Below, piece after piece: positions 37,306-46,086 of a stretch of DNA of 64,000 nt (the stretch's first letter is position 1; every line of letters begins with the position of its first letter). Made by a program: the position numbers and the translations under genes. The notes under the pieces are model-generated. The model searched no databases, was not told the DNA's origin, and worked only from the letters and a program-made list of their open reading frames with translations. The DNA is from Vicinamibacterales bacterium (GTDB taxonomy: Bacteria; Acidobacteriota; Vicinamibacteria; Vicinamibacterales; UBA8438). The stretch lies in the NCBI GenBank assembly GCA_965207675.1, contig CBDBMY010000008.1, positions 344,291-408,290 on the forward strand, written 5' to 3'.

Positions 37306-38112
37306 GCGAGACACCCCGCGTCCCCACCTGGCGGATCCGGTCGGCGACGCGGTAGACCATCCCCTCAACCGAGGTCCCGGCCGCGGGTCTCCCGAGGCGG
37401 CCACGGGAGTGCTCGTTGGCCACCATCCCCACGACCCGGTCGGACCAGCTTGGGGGCGCGCGGACTCCGTAACGCGGATTCAGAACGCTCCGCGTCGGGA
37501 CTGTCAGAGAAACAGGATCGCAATCGCGATGAGCGCACCGGCACCGACCAGTAGCGCGGCCCCGAGTCCGTAGCCGCCCTGAAGGGTTTCGTGAGCGGCG
37601 CGGTACCCGACGACGACCAACGCCAACAGCTTGCAGAGAGGCGGGATCATGATCGGCATGTTCCGCATTCTACCCCGCGTTCGTTCTGGGTATTGGCGCT
37701 CATTCCCCGGCCGCGGGCGCCGACGGGCGGGCCCGCACCACCGCCAAGCCCGAGGCGGTGTACGGCCTTCTGGTACGGCTCCGGCGACCAGTCGCAGCCC
37801 GAACCTGAGCAGCTCCTCGAGCCTTGCGGCGTGCTCCGGCGCGTTCAAGACGAAGCATCTTCGTCAGGAAATCGAAAAAACAGCGCCATCAAGTCGGCGA
37901 AAACAGGCACACAGGCCGAGGACTCGCGGCACCACACCCGCAGGCTACAACCTGAGCATGTCAGAAACCGGTTTACTGAGTCCCTTGCACTTAGGATCCT
38001 GGCCGCTCCGGCGCCTCGACGGACTCGAACGCACCCGCAGAGAGCGCGAAACGCCCAAAAATCAATGGAAACAGAGGTCTACAGAACCGCGCACGACCAA
38101 CCCCACGCACTT

Positions 38113-38193
38113 CGGTAGCCCCGGGCCGTTCTCGGCACCTCGAAGGGGTCCGCGGACCCCTTCGAGGTGCGTAAGTTCTACCCGGGGCTGCCG
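38113..38193. repeat. Long palindrome copy A (36-bp perfect palindrome nested in a 13-bp outer stem)
   Basis: GCACCTCGAAGGGGTCCG|CGGACCCCTTCGAGGTGC lies at 38135-38170. It is flanked by CGGTAGCCCCGGG (38113-38125) and CCCGGGGCTGCCG (38181-38193). Confidence 0.9.
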
Positions 38194-38383
38194 TTAGTCC
38201 CGCTTTCACGGGTCCGCGCCGTTATCCACGAACACATCCAGCGTCGTGCTCTCCAGACTCAGAGGACCCCCCGGTCAATACGGGGCTGCCGTTCCACGGG
38301 ACCCGCCACTGCGGAATGAAAAACGGGTCCACCGCACAGACGTCCTCGCCCAAGCCCCTGTTTCGACCAGATCCCAATGAAAT

Positions 38384-38447
38384 CGGTAGCCCCGGGCCGT
38401 TCTCAGCACCTCGAAGGGGTCCGCGGACCCCTTCGAGGTGCTGAGAA
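38384..38447. repeat. Long palindrome copy B (48-bp perfect palindrome), direct repeat of copy A
   Basis: CGGTAGCCCCGGGCCG is followed by TTCTCAGCACCTCGAAGGGGTCCG|CGGACCCCTTCGAGGTGCTGAGAA at 38400-38447. It shares ~55 nt with copy A, 271 bp away. Confidence 0.9.
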
Positions 38448-38661
38448 TGTCTCGGGGCGACCAGCCAACAGCGTTTACACCAATGACCTCCGCTAGCGGC
38501 GCAGAGGCACAAGTTCACGCAGAACCGGCCCGATCGGCCGACAAAGCCACCCTGACCACGGGATCCGCCACTCAGCGGACCGAGGCAAGGCGTAAACTTC
38601 GAGAGGGGCCGCCGGCGGCACCGCCGCCCGTGGCGACGGGCCAACACCAGCCCTGCAGGGG

Positions 38662-39444
38662 TCAGTCCCGCCCGTCAGGACGGTCGAAAAGGGAGGATTC
38701 AACGCCACCGCCGACGCGGATACCGTCGGGGGCGGCCCGAAGCTCAAGGAACATCACGCGGTCGACGACGAGCGTGCGAACACCGGGCCAGAGGACGCCG
38801 CCGACGCGCCGCCAATCGGAGAACGAGACCGCCGCCGCGACGTCTCCAACCCCCTCGACCACCTCACGGTACCGAACCTCGGAGACCAGGCCGCTGGCGC
38901 GGCCGACGAGAACCGTGAACGGCGACGCGCCGACGTCGACACGAACCGCGATATGCGGAACCCCGTCGACCAGATAGGCCCGGTCGACCACCCGCATCGC
39001 GGGAGACTCCACGCCGCTCCCAGGGAAGAGCGGATGCACGAAGGTCAGGAACCGGGCGACGGCGCCGCCCGGCTCACCGGGACCGAAATCGGAGACCATG
39101 GGCCCGGTCCCGAGGTCAACGGCCGCCCAGGCGGCGGAGCCCGTCCACGCGGTGTCGACGGCGGAGCCGTCGGCGCCACGGAACAGCTGCCGGGCCCGGC
39201 GGCCCGGCTCGATCACCAGCTCGAAGACGCCCTCGACCGGTCCGAGCCCGTAATCGAGCTCGGCAGAGCCAGACACGCGGAGGTCGGCCACGCTGGCCAG
39301 CGCAGCCCGCCCGCCGACCGCCTCGAGCGCCAGGTCAACGACGTCGCCGACGGACTGCCCGCCGGCATCCACCACCGCGGGGGACCCGAGCGCCGCGGCG
39401 GCGGCCACAACCACGAAGACACGGTTCACCCAAACCAGCACCAC
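38662..39444 (-). CDS. Secreted hypothetical protein
   Basis: The N-terminal signal-like segment is MVLVWVNRVFVVVAAAAALGSPAVVDA. Coding character is good throughout, and the protein is beta-rich (..LRVSGSAELDYGLGPVEGVFELVIEPG..). Confidence 0.65.
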   Translation of the reverse strand: MVLVWVNRVFVVVAAAAALGSPAVVDAGGQSVGDVVDLALEAVGGRAALASVADLRVSGSAELDYGLGPVEGVFELVIEPGRRARQLFRGADGSAVDTAWTGSAAWAAVDLGTGPMVSDFGPGEPGGAVARFLTFVHPLFPGSGVESPAMRVVDRAYLVDGVPHIAVRVDVGASPFTVLVGRASGLVSEVRYREVVEGVGDVAAAVSFSDWRRVGGVLWPGVRTLVVDRVMFLELRAAPDGIRVGGGVESSLFDRPDGRD

Positions 39445-39481
39445 CAGGACACCCCCCTGTCTGACGGAACGACGCGCTGGA

Positions 39482-40507
39482 TCAGCAGGACACGCCCGTC
39501 GACCCGATCTCGACCCTGCAACGGGTCATCTCACCGGTCCAGCGATCGACGCGGTAGAACACGCTGCGCCCGGGAGCGATCGCGACCTCGCGGAACTCGT
39601 ACCGCCCAGCGACCACCGCGGACCCCAGCTGCAGGAAGCCAAGCACCACCGCGGCCGACAGGAACAAGGCCAGCGCGACGCGCACGAACCTCGACTTCAA
39701 GGCCGCGCCCGAACCAGGCATCCGGGCCGACAGGCCGGCCGCCTGGGCCGCCGGCATACGCACCGGCCCCATGCCCGGGATCAACACCGTCACCCAGCCG
39801 TCGCCGGCGAACGCGTCGGCCGCGACCACCATGGCCGACGACGTCGCCTCGCCGGGCGACGACGGAGACCCGCCGTCCGACGACGGCACGCCCGCCTCGT
39901 CACGCTCCTCCGACGACTCCGACGGAGAGGATCCGCGGTCATGCTCCGACCCTGCACCCGGAGCACCCGGGGCTTCCTCGACCGGGAACACCACGTGGCG
40001 ACCGACACCCGGCGGGAGGTCGTCGGGGTACGCAGGAGCCGGCGAGTCGCCGGCGTAGGCCGACATGTCGACAGACCCGCGCACGCTCCGCGGGAGCCGC
40101 CCGCCGCGCCGCGTGTCGGCATCGTCGACGACGACGCCGTCGGCGTCCTCAACCACCGGCGTCAACGGCGGCGCCGGCCGACCGTCCACATCGTGCACGC
40201 CACCGTTGCCGCCGTGCGGACCCTCGAAGCCGTCCGGCGCCATGCCGCCGACCATCGTGATCGGCAGGGTCGACCCGGGCGACTCCCCGCGCGGAGACGA
40301 CACACCAGGCCCGGCTGGCACCGGACCGCTAGTCAAGCCACGGTGCAGGAGCTCGCGCACGACCTCCGCCTTGGACACACCGCGGAGAGACGCCTGCTCG
40401 TCGATCCACGCCTTCTGCCTGGTCGACATCGACACGCCAAACCGCGGCAAGGCCGCCGACACCGACGTCGACCTGCCAACCCTCTTCATCCTTCGACCCC
40501 TTGACAT
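39482..40507 (-). CDS. Ribbon-helix-helix N-terminal domain protein with disordered acidic linker and C-terminal TM anchor
   Basis: From ATG 40507: MSRGRRMKRVGRSTSVSAALPRFGVSMSTRQKAWIDEQASLRGVSKAEVVRELLHRGL, which is CopG/Arc-like. A TM segment (FVRVALALFLSAAVVLGFLQLGSAVVAG) lies near the C-terminus. This is the lower part of track ORF 39482..41218. Confidence 0.6.
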   Translation of the reverse strand: MSRGRRMKRVGRSTSVSAALPRFGVSMSTRQKAWIDEQASLRGVSKAEVVRELLHRGLTSGPVPAGPGVSSPRGESPGSTLPITMVGGMAPDGFEGPHGGNGGVHDVDGRPAPPLTPVVEDADGVVVDDADTRRGGRLPRSVRGSVDMSAYAGDSPAPAYPDDLPPGVGRHVVFPVEEAPGAPGAGSEHDRGSSPSESSEERDEAGVPSSDGGSPSSPGEATSSAMVVAADAFAGDGWVTVLIPGMGPVRMPAAQAAGLSARMPGSGAALKSRFVRVALALFLSAAVVLGFLQLGSAVVAGRYEFREVAIAPGRSVFYRVDRWTGEMTRCRVEIGSTGVSC

Positions 40508-40541
40508 CCGATACCTCCCTTCCACGCAGTACCCGCGGACC

Positions 40542-41240
40542 TCAACGACGAAACTCGACAACCTGCACAGGCCTCGAGCCAGGCACCTCTTCGTCAGCAA
40601 CGAGATCACGCTCGGCGTCGAACCACCCGACGCAACGCGCCGACCCAAACGAATCGCCAACCGCGGCGGCGGGCGCGACGTCCGGCGCCGGCCGGCGCGA
40701 ACCACCGGGCTTGCCCGCGGGCGCCCCGCCCAACCCCAGGTCAGACGACACCGGGCCGGACAACCCGACCGAGGCGAACGCGCGGAGCGACGGAACCGAC
40801 CCGCCGGCGACAAGCTCCGACACCAGCGGGAACGCCGACGGGAGAAGCCACGCGAAGACGACCGTCGCGCCGGCGAGGCCGCGGAGCCCGATGACCTCGT
40901 GTAAGAAGCGGACGCGGTCCAGTCCCTCGGCAGCCTGCCGCGAGCGCCCGACCAGCTCAGCCGACGCCTCGACGCCGACGCCGCGACAGCCCGAGCACCG
41001 CGCAACGTCGAGCACCAGAGAGCCATCACCCGATCCGAGGTCGACGAACACGTCGCCACGACCGACCGACAGCTCGTCGACGAGAAGCGCGGACAACACC
41101 GCCGGCGCGCGGCGCCACGGCGCGAGAGACACGGCCGACACCGACGGGCGCTCCACGCCGGACGACCACGACGGCACCACCGCGCCGGCGAACGCAGCCT
41201 CATCCGAGTACCCATCAACGCGCACCACAGCGACCTCCGT
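40542..41240 (-). CDS. Class I SAM-dependent methyltransferase (small)
   Basis: DVFVDLGSGDGSLVLDVA is motif I, GVGVEASAELV is motif II and ATVVFAWLLP is motif IV-like. The start is uncertain; the track ORF begins at 41324, and a GTG near VTEVAVVRVDGY is more likely. Confidence 0.6.
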   Translation of the reverse strand, partial: TEVAVVRVDGYSDEAAFAGAVVPSWSSGVERPSVSAVSLAPWRRAPAVLSALLVDELSVGRGDVFVDLGSGDGSLVLDVARCSGCRGVGVEASAELVGRSRQAAEGLDRVRFLHEVIGLRGLAGATVVFAWLLPSAFPLVSELVAGGSVPSLRAFASVGLSGPVSSDLGLGGAPAGKPGGSRRPAPDVAPAAAVGDSFGSARCVGWFDAERDLVADEEVPGSRPVQVVEFRR

Positions 41241-41254
41241 CACAACGCCGCACC

Positions 41255-41611
41255 CTAGTCGCGGTCGACCTCGGGTTCGGGCAACGGGGGCTCCTCCGGC
41301 GAACCGCCGGGAAGCTTCGTCCACCGCGCGGACACGACACCCTCGCCCGAAGGGGAGCGGGGCAAACCCTCACCCAAGCGCCGCGCGATGGCCGCAGGCG
41401 AGACGAAGCCGCGGCCGCGAAGAATCTCGATGTCGTTCACGAGCGCCGGGAGCCCACGTCGCACGGCCTCGCGCAAGAGAACCGAGACCGCGACACGATG
41501 CCGAGCGGCGGCGCGCTCCACGGCCAACGCGAACGAGGCCGTCGCCTTGAACGACATCGACCTGTCGAGGGCCTCCCACGTAGGGTCAACGGATCCAGGC
41601 ACGCGCCTCAC
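41255..41611 (-). CDS. Ribbon-helix-helix (CopG-like) protein
   Basis: MSFKATASFALAVERAAARHRVAVSVLLREAVRRGL shows the beta-alpha-alpha RHH pattern. The likely start is the internal ATG at 41557. Confidence 0.6.
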   Translation of the reverse strand: MRRVPGSVDPTWEALDRSMSFKATASFALAVERAAARHRVAVSVLLREAVRRGLPALVNDIEILRGRGFVSPAAIARRLGEGLPRSPSGEGVVSARWTKLPGGSPEEPPLPEPEVDRD

Positions 41612-41667
41612 CCCCGAGCGACGCCGCTCGCCGATAACCTATGTCTCGACATAACCGGCCACCGCCA

Positions 41668-42345
41668 TCAGTCGATATCGACGTCATCCCCGTCAACCGG
41701 AACCTCAACCGGCTCCTCCCCAGAGTCGACCACCGTCGACGCACCACCTGTGGCGACCGCATCATCGAGAAGGGACGCTGACCCGCGACGCGCCGGCGCT
41801 GTAGTCGCGCGCGACCCGGTCCGACCAGAGCCAGCTCTCTGCCCGCGGGCGGGCCGAGCCGATGAAGCTCGAGCCGCACGCGAAGCGGTGGAGCCGCCCG
41901 GGGGCGAACCGCCGAACCTCGAAGTGGCAAGCTGGTCGACGACCGGGCGCAGCACCTCGAGGTCCAATCCGAGAACGCGCCCTTGGGCCGTCACCATGGA
42001 CTCGAACACCGGCCGCTCGATCTCCGGCTGCATGTGGACGAGCGCCTCGGCAAACTTCCCGAGATCGAGAACAGGCGACGCACCGGCCGACGGCGCCTTC
42101 GACGGCAGCGACGGGCGGGGGGTCCTGGGAGCCGCGACGACAGCCGGCGCCGTCGCCGCGACGGGAGAAAGCGCCGCCTCGCACCACTCGGACGTGGACT
42201 TGAAGCCGCGCTCGAGGGTTTTTCTGTAGAGCTCGCTCTTCGTGATCCCGAACGTCTCGGACAGCGCGGAGTATTGTTCAACGAGCCTGGGGGACAGAAA
42301 GCAGACCACCTTCACCTTCTTGCGAAGCACCATCAACCACCTCAA
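41668..42345 (-). CDS. Ribbon-helix-helix protein with long low-complexity C-terminal tail
   Basis: KVKVVCFLSPRLVEQYSALSETFGITKSELYRKTLERGF shows the RHH pattern. The acidic C-terminus is ..EEPVEVPVDGDDVDID. Confidence 0.6.
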   Translation of the reverse strand: MRWLMVLRKKVKVVCFLSPRLVEQYSALSETFGITKSELYRKTLERGFKSTSEWCEAALSPVAATAPAVVAAPRTPRPSLPSKAPSAGASPVLDLGKFAEALVHMQPEIERPVFESMVTAQGRVLGLDLEVLRPVVDQLATSRFGGSPPGGSTASRAARASSARPARGQRAGSGRTGSRATTAPARRGSASLLDDAVATGGASTVVDSGEEPVEVPVDGDDVDID

Positions 42346-42388
42346 CGAGGAAAGCCGGCCAGCTCAACGAGGACAGGCGACTCCAGCA

Positions 42389-42500
42389 AACTGAACCGCG
42401 TGAACACTGAACCGCGAACCGCAGCACGGGTACAATCGACTGAGCCCAACTCCCGGTGCAGACCCGGTTGGGCTCAACTGAACCGACCTTCTTGCGAAGC
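42389..42500. promoter_or_regulatory. Iteron-like ACTGAACCG repeats, a hairpin and a CCTTCTTGCGAAGC box in an intergenic region
   Basis: ACTGAACCG occurs at about 42390, 42406 and 42477, and again near 43287 and 43358. The hairpin GAGCCCAAC..GTTGGGCTC lies at 42442-42475. CCTTCTTGCGAAGC occurs at 42487-42500 and also at 42315-42328. Confidence 0.5.
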
Positions 42501-42561
42501 GCCCCGCGACAAGGCCGCGAACTCAACCTCTGCGCGGCGCCACACGCCGTTCGGGGATCCA

Positions 42562-43281
42562 TCAAGGGCACTCGGCCAGAGCCAGCCGTGCGGGCTCAGC
42601 AAGATGGGGTTGAGCAACGAAGACGAGCTCAAGCTCTGTGCGATCGCCGGACACGCGGATGCGCGTCCCAGCTCGGGAGACCACCACGCCGAGAAGCGCG
42701 CGGCCAAGCCGCGTCAGATCGATGGTCAAGTCAGGTCTGGCGATCGAGTAGTCGATGCGCTTGCGCACGAGCTCGCTATCAACGCTGGCCACCCCGGCAA
42801 CCTCGACGCGGACAGGCGTCCGCTGGAACTCGTTCCGCGTAAAACCGAGCCACCAAAACCAGAGGTCCAGGAAGTTGTAGACGTCGGGCGCGTCGGGGTG
42901 CATCGGCAAGACGAGCGTGGCGTGGACCGGCGTCGACCCCGCCAGTCCCTCCGCTCTGCCGTCGGCGCGGCAGCCAAGGACGATGCCGAGCGCGCCATCA
43001 CCGAGACTTTCCGTTCGCCCGAACGGTCCGCGGCCATCCGGATACTCGAGGGTCCACGCCGCGGGATACCACCTGAACGTAATCCCGTACTCGTCGTTCG
43101 ACGTGCTCACGTCGGGGAGCTGATGCAACCCTTCGAACGGGGAGTGCTCCGAGTAGGGAACCCTGCCGGGTTGAACCTGGCCCGCGCTGCCTTGAGCGGG
43201 CACGAAGCACGCGACCACCAGCAGCGTGCCGACAACTCCACGAGTCCACGAATCCCTCGGCATCAGCATCGCCCACTGCAT
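42562..43281 (-). CDS. Secreted hypothetical protein
   Basis: I trimmed the track ORF to MQWAMLMPRDSWTRGVVGTLLVVACFVPAQG (signal or lipoprotein-like). The mature part shows good coding character (..YGITFRWYPAAWTLEYPDGRGPFGR..). Confidence 0.55.
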   Translation of the reverse strand: MQWAMLMPRDSWTRGVVGTLLVVACFVPAQGSAGQVQPGRVPYSEHSPFEGLHQLPDVSTSNDEYGITFRWYPAAWTLEYPDGRGPFGRTESLGDGALGIVLGCRADGRAEGLAGSTPVHATLVLPMHPDAPDVYNFLDLWFWWLGFTRNEFQRTPVRVEVAGVASVDSELVRKRIDYSIARPDLTIDLTRLGRALLGVVVSRAGTRIRVSGDRTELELVFVAQPHLAEPARLALAECP

Positions 43282-43373
43282 CGCGCAACTGAACCGACCG
43301 ACGTCGGAGGCCCCCACGTCAGCCCGTCCGATCGCTTGACCGAGCCACATGGCTCGACTGAACCGAACGCGAC

Positions 43374-43403
43374 GGAACATAGCCCTGATCAGGGCTATGT
43401 TCC
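43374..43403. promoter_or_regulatory. 30-bp perfect palindrome (operator candidate) upstream of 42562-43281
   Basis: I checked base by base that GGAACATAGCCCTGA|TCAGGGCTATGTTCC is a perfect palindrome. It lies ~95 bp upstream of the probable start codon. Confidence 0.6.
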
Positions 43404-43729
43404 CTACAGCGAATCCGGGACACTGCCCCATCCCCTCCAAAACCACGTCCAGAACGGCGAAGTGTACCCTCTTGCTGCCCTCTGGAGCCTGGACATGGTA
43501 CCGGGGCGGAAGCTATTCCGGACGGCACATTACCCCGGGGCAGCAGAACCGTACCCTGTTCACATGACCCCCATGGTGCCCTATCCCCGCCTGTTTTTGG
43601 CCCAGTTTCATTGGCCATTTTCACACCCACCCCTAAACAGGACCATGTCCTTACACCACGACCCCCAGCCCCAGCACCCTTGCTAACACGAGCGACCCCC
43701 CGAGGGGTCGCTCGATCGCCAGAACTTGC

Positions 43730-44623
43730 CTATCGGCAGTAGCTCCGCTTTAGGTCCCCGTACGGGCATATTGCCCTCATGAGGGCAAGTGTACCGACTA
43801 CGGGTCGCCCCAGGCTGATTTCGACACCGAATCGAGGGCCTTTCCGGCCGTCCCAAGTCCCGAGCAGGCGCGCCCGCGCACTCAAGTCCCGGTCGCCAGC
43901 CCGCGCCGCGGGCCCCAGCTCGCACGCAGTGGGCACCGTCGACGGCGCCCCAACGTCCAGAACGCCGTCGCGTTCCGCGGACAATGCGAGACCCGACCGA
44001 GCCCACGCGCATGCCGGGATGCTCCGAACCGCGACAGCGACCAGCGCCGGCCGACCGCGCCAAGCGCACAGAGCACGATCCACCGGCCGCGCTCGACGCG
44101 CAGTCCGAGGGCCGTCCACCCTGATCGGCACGCGCCCGTGCTCGAGCCGCGCCGCGCCGGCCAGCGCCGAAACGAATGCGCCGACGCCGAGCGCCGGCGA
44201 TCCACAGCCGATCGACCCGAGCTCGTCCGCGCACTTGCGAAACGGTACGGCGACGCCCGAGCGTCGCAGCAGCGTCACGAGAGCGCGCGACACCCGCGCA
44301 CCACCGACCTTCAGACGACCAACAGCAAGCACCCGCCACCGAGGCAGCCGATCGGAGCGACGCGCGGACAGCGGGCGTGTCACCTCGAGGACAACGCCGA
44401 CAGACTCCGCCGCGGCCAACCTCCCGCGGCCAGCGCGAAGGCCACGGGCGACAACGACACCCTGCCCACGGGCAGGGCCGCACGGCAACGACCAACGGCG
44501 CGACCTTCGGCCGCGATCGAGCGGACCTCGCCGCGACAAGGACGCGAGGTAGCATGGAACCGCGACCGGCCGCTGGTACGCACACTTACGGAACCGCAAG
44601 ACCCGAGAGACAGAAGAGTTCAA
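43730..44623 (-). CDS. Possible CDS, function unknown (weak)
   Basis: This is the least Arg-biased of three overlapping track ORFs (..VVLEVTRPLSARR..VAVPFRKCADELGSIGCGSPALGVGAFVSAL..). It is divergent from ssb. The hairpin GAGCGACCCC-CCGA-GGGGTCGCTC (43690-43713) lies just downstream. Confidence 0.25.
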   Translation of the reverse strand: MNSSVSRVLRFRKCAYQRPVAVPCYLASLSRRGPLDRGRRSRRWSLPCGPARGQGVVVARGLRAGRGRLAAAESVGVVLEVTRPLSARRSDRLPRWRVLAVGRLKVGGARVSRALVTLLRRSGVAVPFRKCADELGSIGCGSPALGVGAFVSALAGAARLEHGRVPIRVDGPRTARRARPVDRALCAWRGRPALVAVAVRSIPACAWARSGLALSAERDGVLDVGAPSTVPTACELGPAARAGDRDLSARARLLGTWDGRKGPRFGVEISLGRPVVGTLALMRAICPYGDLKRSYCR

Positions 44624-45067
44624 TGGGCTCGTTGAATCAAGTGAACCTCATCGGCCACCTCGGCAACGACTGCGAGGTACGCGCGGGCCAGGACGGCCGA
44701 GAGCGAGCCACGTTCCGGATGGCGACCAACCGTTGCTGGGTCGACGGCTCGGGAAGCGTCCACGAAGCAACCGAGTGGCACAACATCGTGTACTAGGGCC
44801 GCCAAGACGGCGGAAAGGTCGGCGGCGTCACGAACCTCCTCCGGCGCGGCACGCAAGTCGCCATCGTGGGCGAGCTCCGCACCCGCGACTGGGAGAAGGA
44901 CGGGCAGCGCCACTTCCGGACCGAAGTGCACGTCGCGCATCATCGTGCTCGGCAACCGCGGCGACGCGGAGCGCAACGCGACTGGCGACGCGCACACCGG
45001 CGGCCGCCGGCCGACCAGCCCGCCGCCGCCCGTCGGAGAGATCGACGAAGACCAGATCCCGTTCTAG
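44623..45067 (+). pseudogene. ssb: Single-stranded DNA-binding protein with in-frame TAG and +1 frameshift
   Basis: MGSLNQVNLIGHLGNDCEVRAGQDGRERATFRMATNRCW..ATEWHNIVY is followed by TAG (44794-44796), then GRQ..LLRRGTQVAIVGELRTRDWEKDGQRHFRTEVHV. After a frame shift it reads RIIVLGNRGD..GEIDEDQIPF*, the canonical acidic SSB tail. Confidence 0.75.
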
Positions 45068-45094
45068 GGCATACCACGAGACTCCGACGGGACG

Positions 45095-45958
45095 ATGACC
45101 ACAACCACACCGGCACCGGCGCAGCCACGCGACCTCCACGGAACGTGCCGAGGGCGGCGGGTGCGCGACCCGCGAACTGTCGAACGTGAAGGGCACCCGA
45201 CAATGACGAGCGCCCGGATCGCCGTCAACCTCGCGGTGCCCGGCACCGCGCGCGAGGACCGCGACAAGCTGACCGAGTGGGTGAACGTCGCCGCATTCAC
45301 CAAACGCTCCCGCGACCGCCTGGAGCAAGCGTCCAAGGGCGACACGATCGCGGTGCTGGGGACAGTGTCCAAGCACTTCTACCAGCACCGCGACGGCGAA
45401 CGGCGGATCGAGCGGGCCATCTTCGCCGACGACGTGATGATCGCGGACACCGCGATCGCGTCAAAGGGTCCGGGCCAGTCCGGACCAGCCCCCGCCAACG
45501 CGTACCCCCGAGGACTCCACGGCACCTACCGGGGCCGCCTCGTGCGCGACCCCCGAACCATCGAGCGCGACGGAAAGCCGTCGATGACGACGGCGCGGAT
45601 CGCGGTCAACCTCTGCGCGCCGACAACACCCCGCGAGGAACGAGAGGATCTGACCGAGTGGGTCGACGTCATCGCGTTCTCCGAACGCGGACGCCACCTG
45701 CTTGAGCAGACCCGGAAGGGCGACCTCGTGGAAGTGACCGGCGGCGTGTCGAAGCAGTTCTACGCCGGCCGCGACGGCCGCCGCGGCGAAGACCGCACGA
45801 TGATCGCCGAAGACGTCGTGTCGGTGCGCGGCAGCCTGCAGGCCGGCGGGACGCACCCCGCCGACATCGACACGAACATCAAGGACGCCATCGGCACGAT
45901 GGTTCCCGACGACGAAACGAAGCCGACGCGCGTCGAGCCCGACACCGACCTCGACTGA
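45095..45958 (+). CDS. Tandem double-OB-fold SSB-like protein
   Basis: There are two collinear repeats. Repeat 1 is LHGTCRGRRVRDPRTVEREGHPTMTSARIAVNLAVPGTAREDRDKLTEWVNVAAFTKRSRDRLEQASKGDTIAVLGTVSKHFYQHRDGERR. Repeat 2 is LHGTYRGRLVRDPRTIERDGKPSMTTARIAVNLCAPTTPREEREDLTEWVDVIAFSERGRHLLEQTRKGDLVEVTGGVSKQFYAGRDGRR. The C-terminal tail is acidic. Confidence 0.75.
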   Translation: MTTTTPAPAQPRDLHGTCRGRRVRDPRTVEREGHPTMTSARIAVNLAVPGTAREDRDKLTEWVNVAAFTKRSRDRLEQASKGDTIAVLGTVSKHFYQHRDGERRIERAIFADDVMIADTAIASKGPGQSGPAPANAYPRGLHGTYRGRLVRDPRTIERDGKPSMTTARIAVNLCAPTTPREEREDLTEWVDVIAFSERGRHLLEQTRKGDLVEVTGGVSKQFYAGRDGRRGEDRTMIAEDVVSVRGSLQAGGTHPADIDTNIKDAIGTMVPDDETKPTRVEPDTDLD

Positions 45959-46086
45959 GCTCCGAATCTCGAAACGCGCGCAGGCGTCCCGACGATACCC
46001 GAGCGCACGCACCGAGACCAACGCGACGAGCAAGTGAGCGTCGAAGCCGCGCTCCCCGCGCGGTCTGCATCGAAGACGACGACCTG

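Noticed and set aside
39482-41218. A single 578-aa gene, as given in the ORF track
   Set aside because: The N-terminal ~240 residues are Arg/Ser/Cys-rich and overlap, out of frame, the methyltransferase ORF 40542..41324, which has real motifs. Only the part from ATG 40507 (RHH domain onward) looks coding.
43683-44623. Three overlapping ~260-300-aa ORFs (two minus, one plus) as distinct genes
   Set aside because: All are strongly Arg-rich, and none has a recognisable motif. I kept only the least biased one (43730-44623, minus strand) as a low-confidence feature. The others are treated as frame artefacts.
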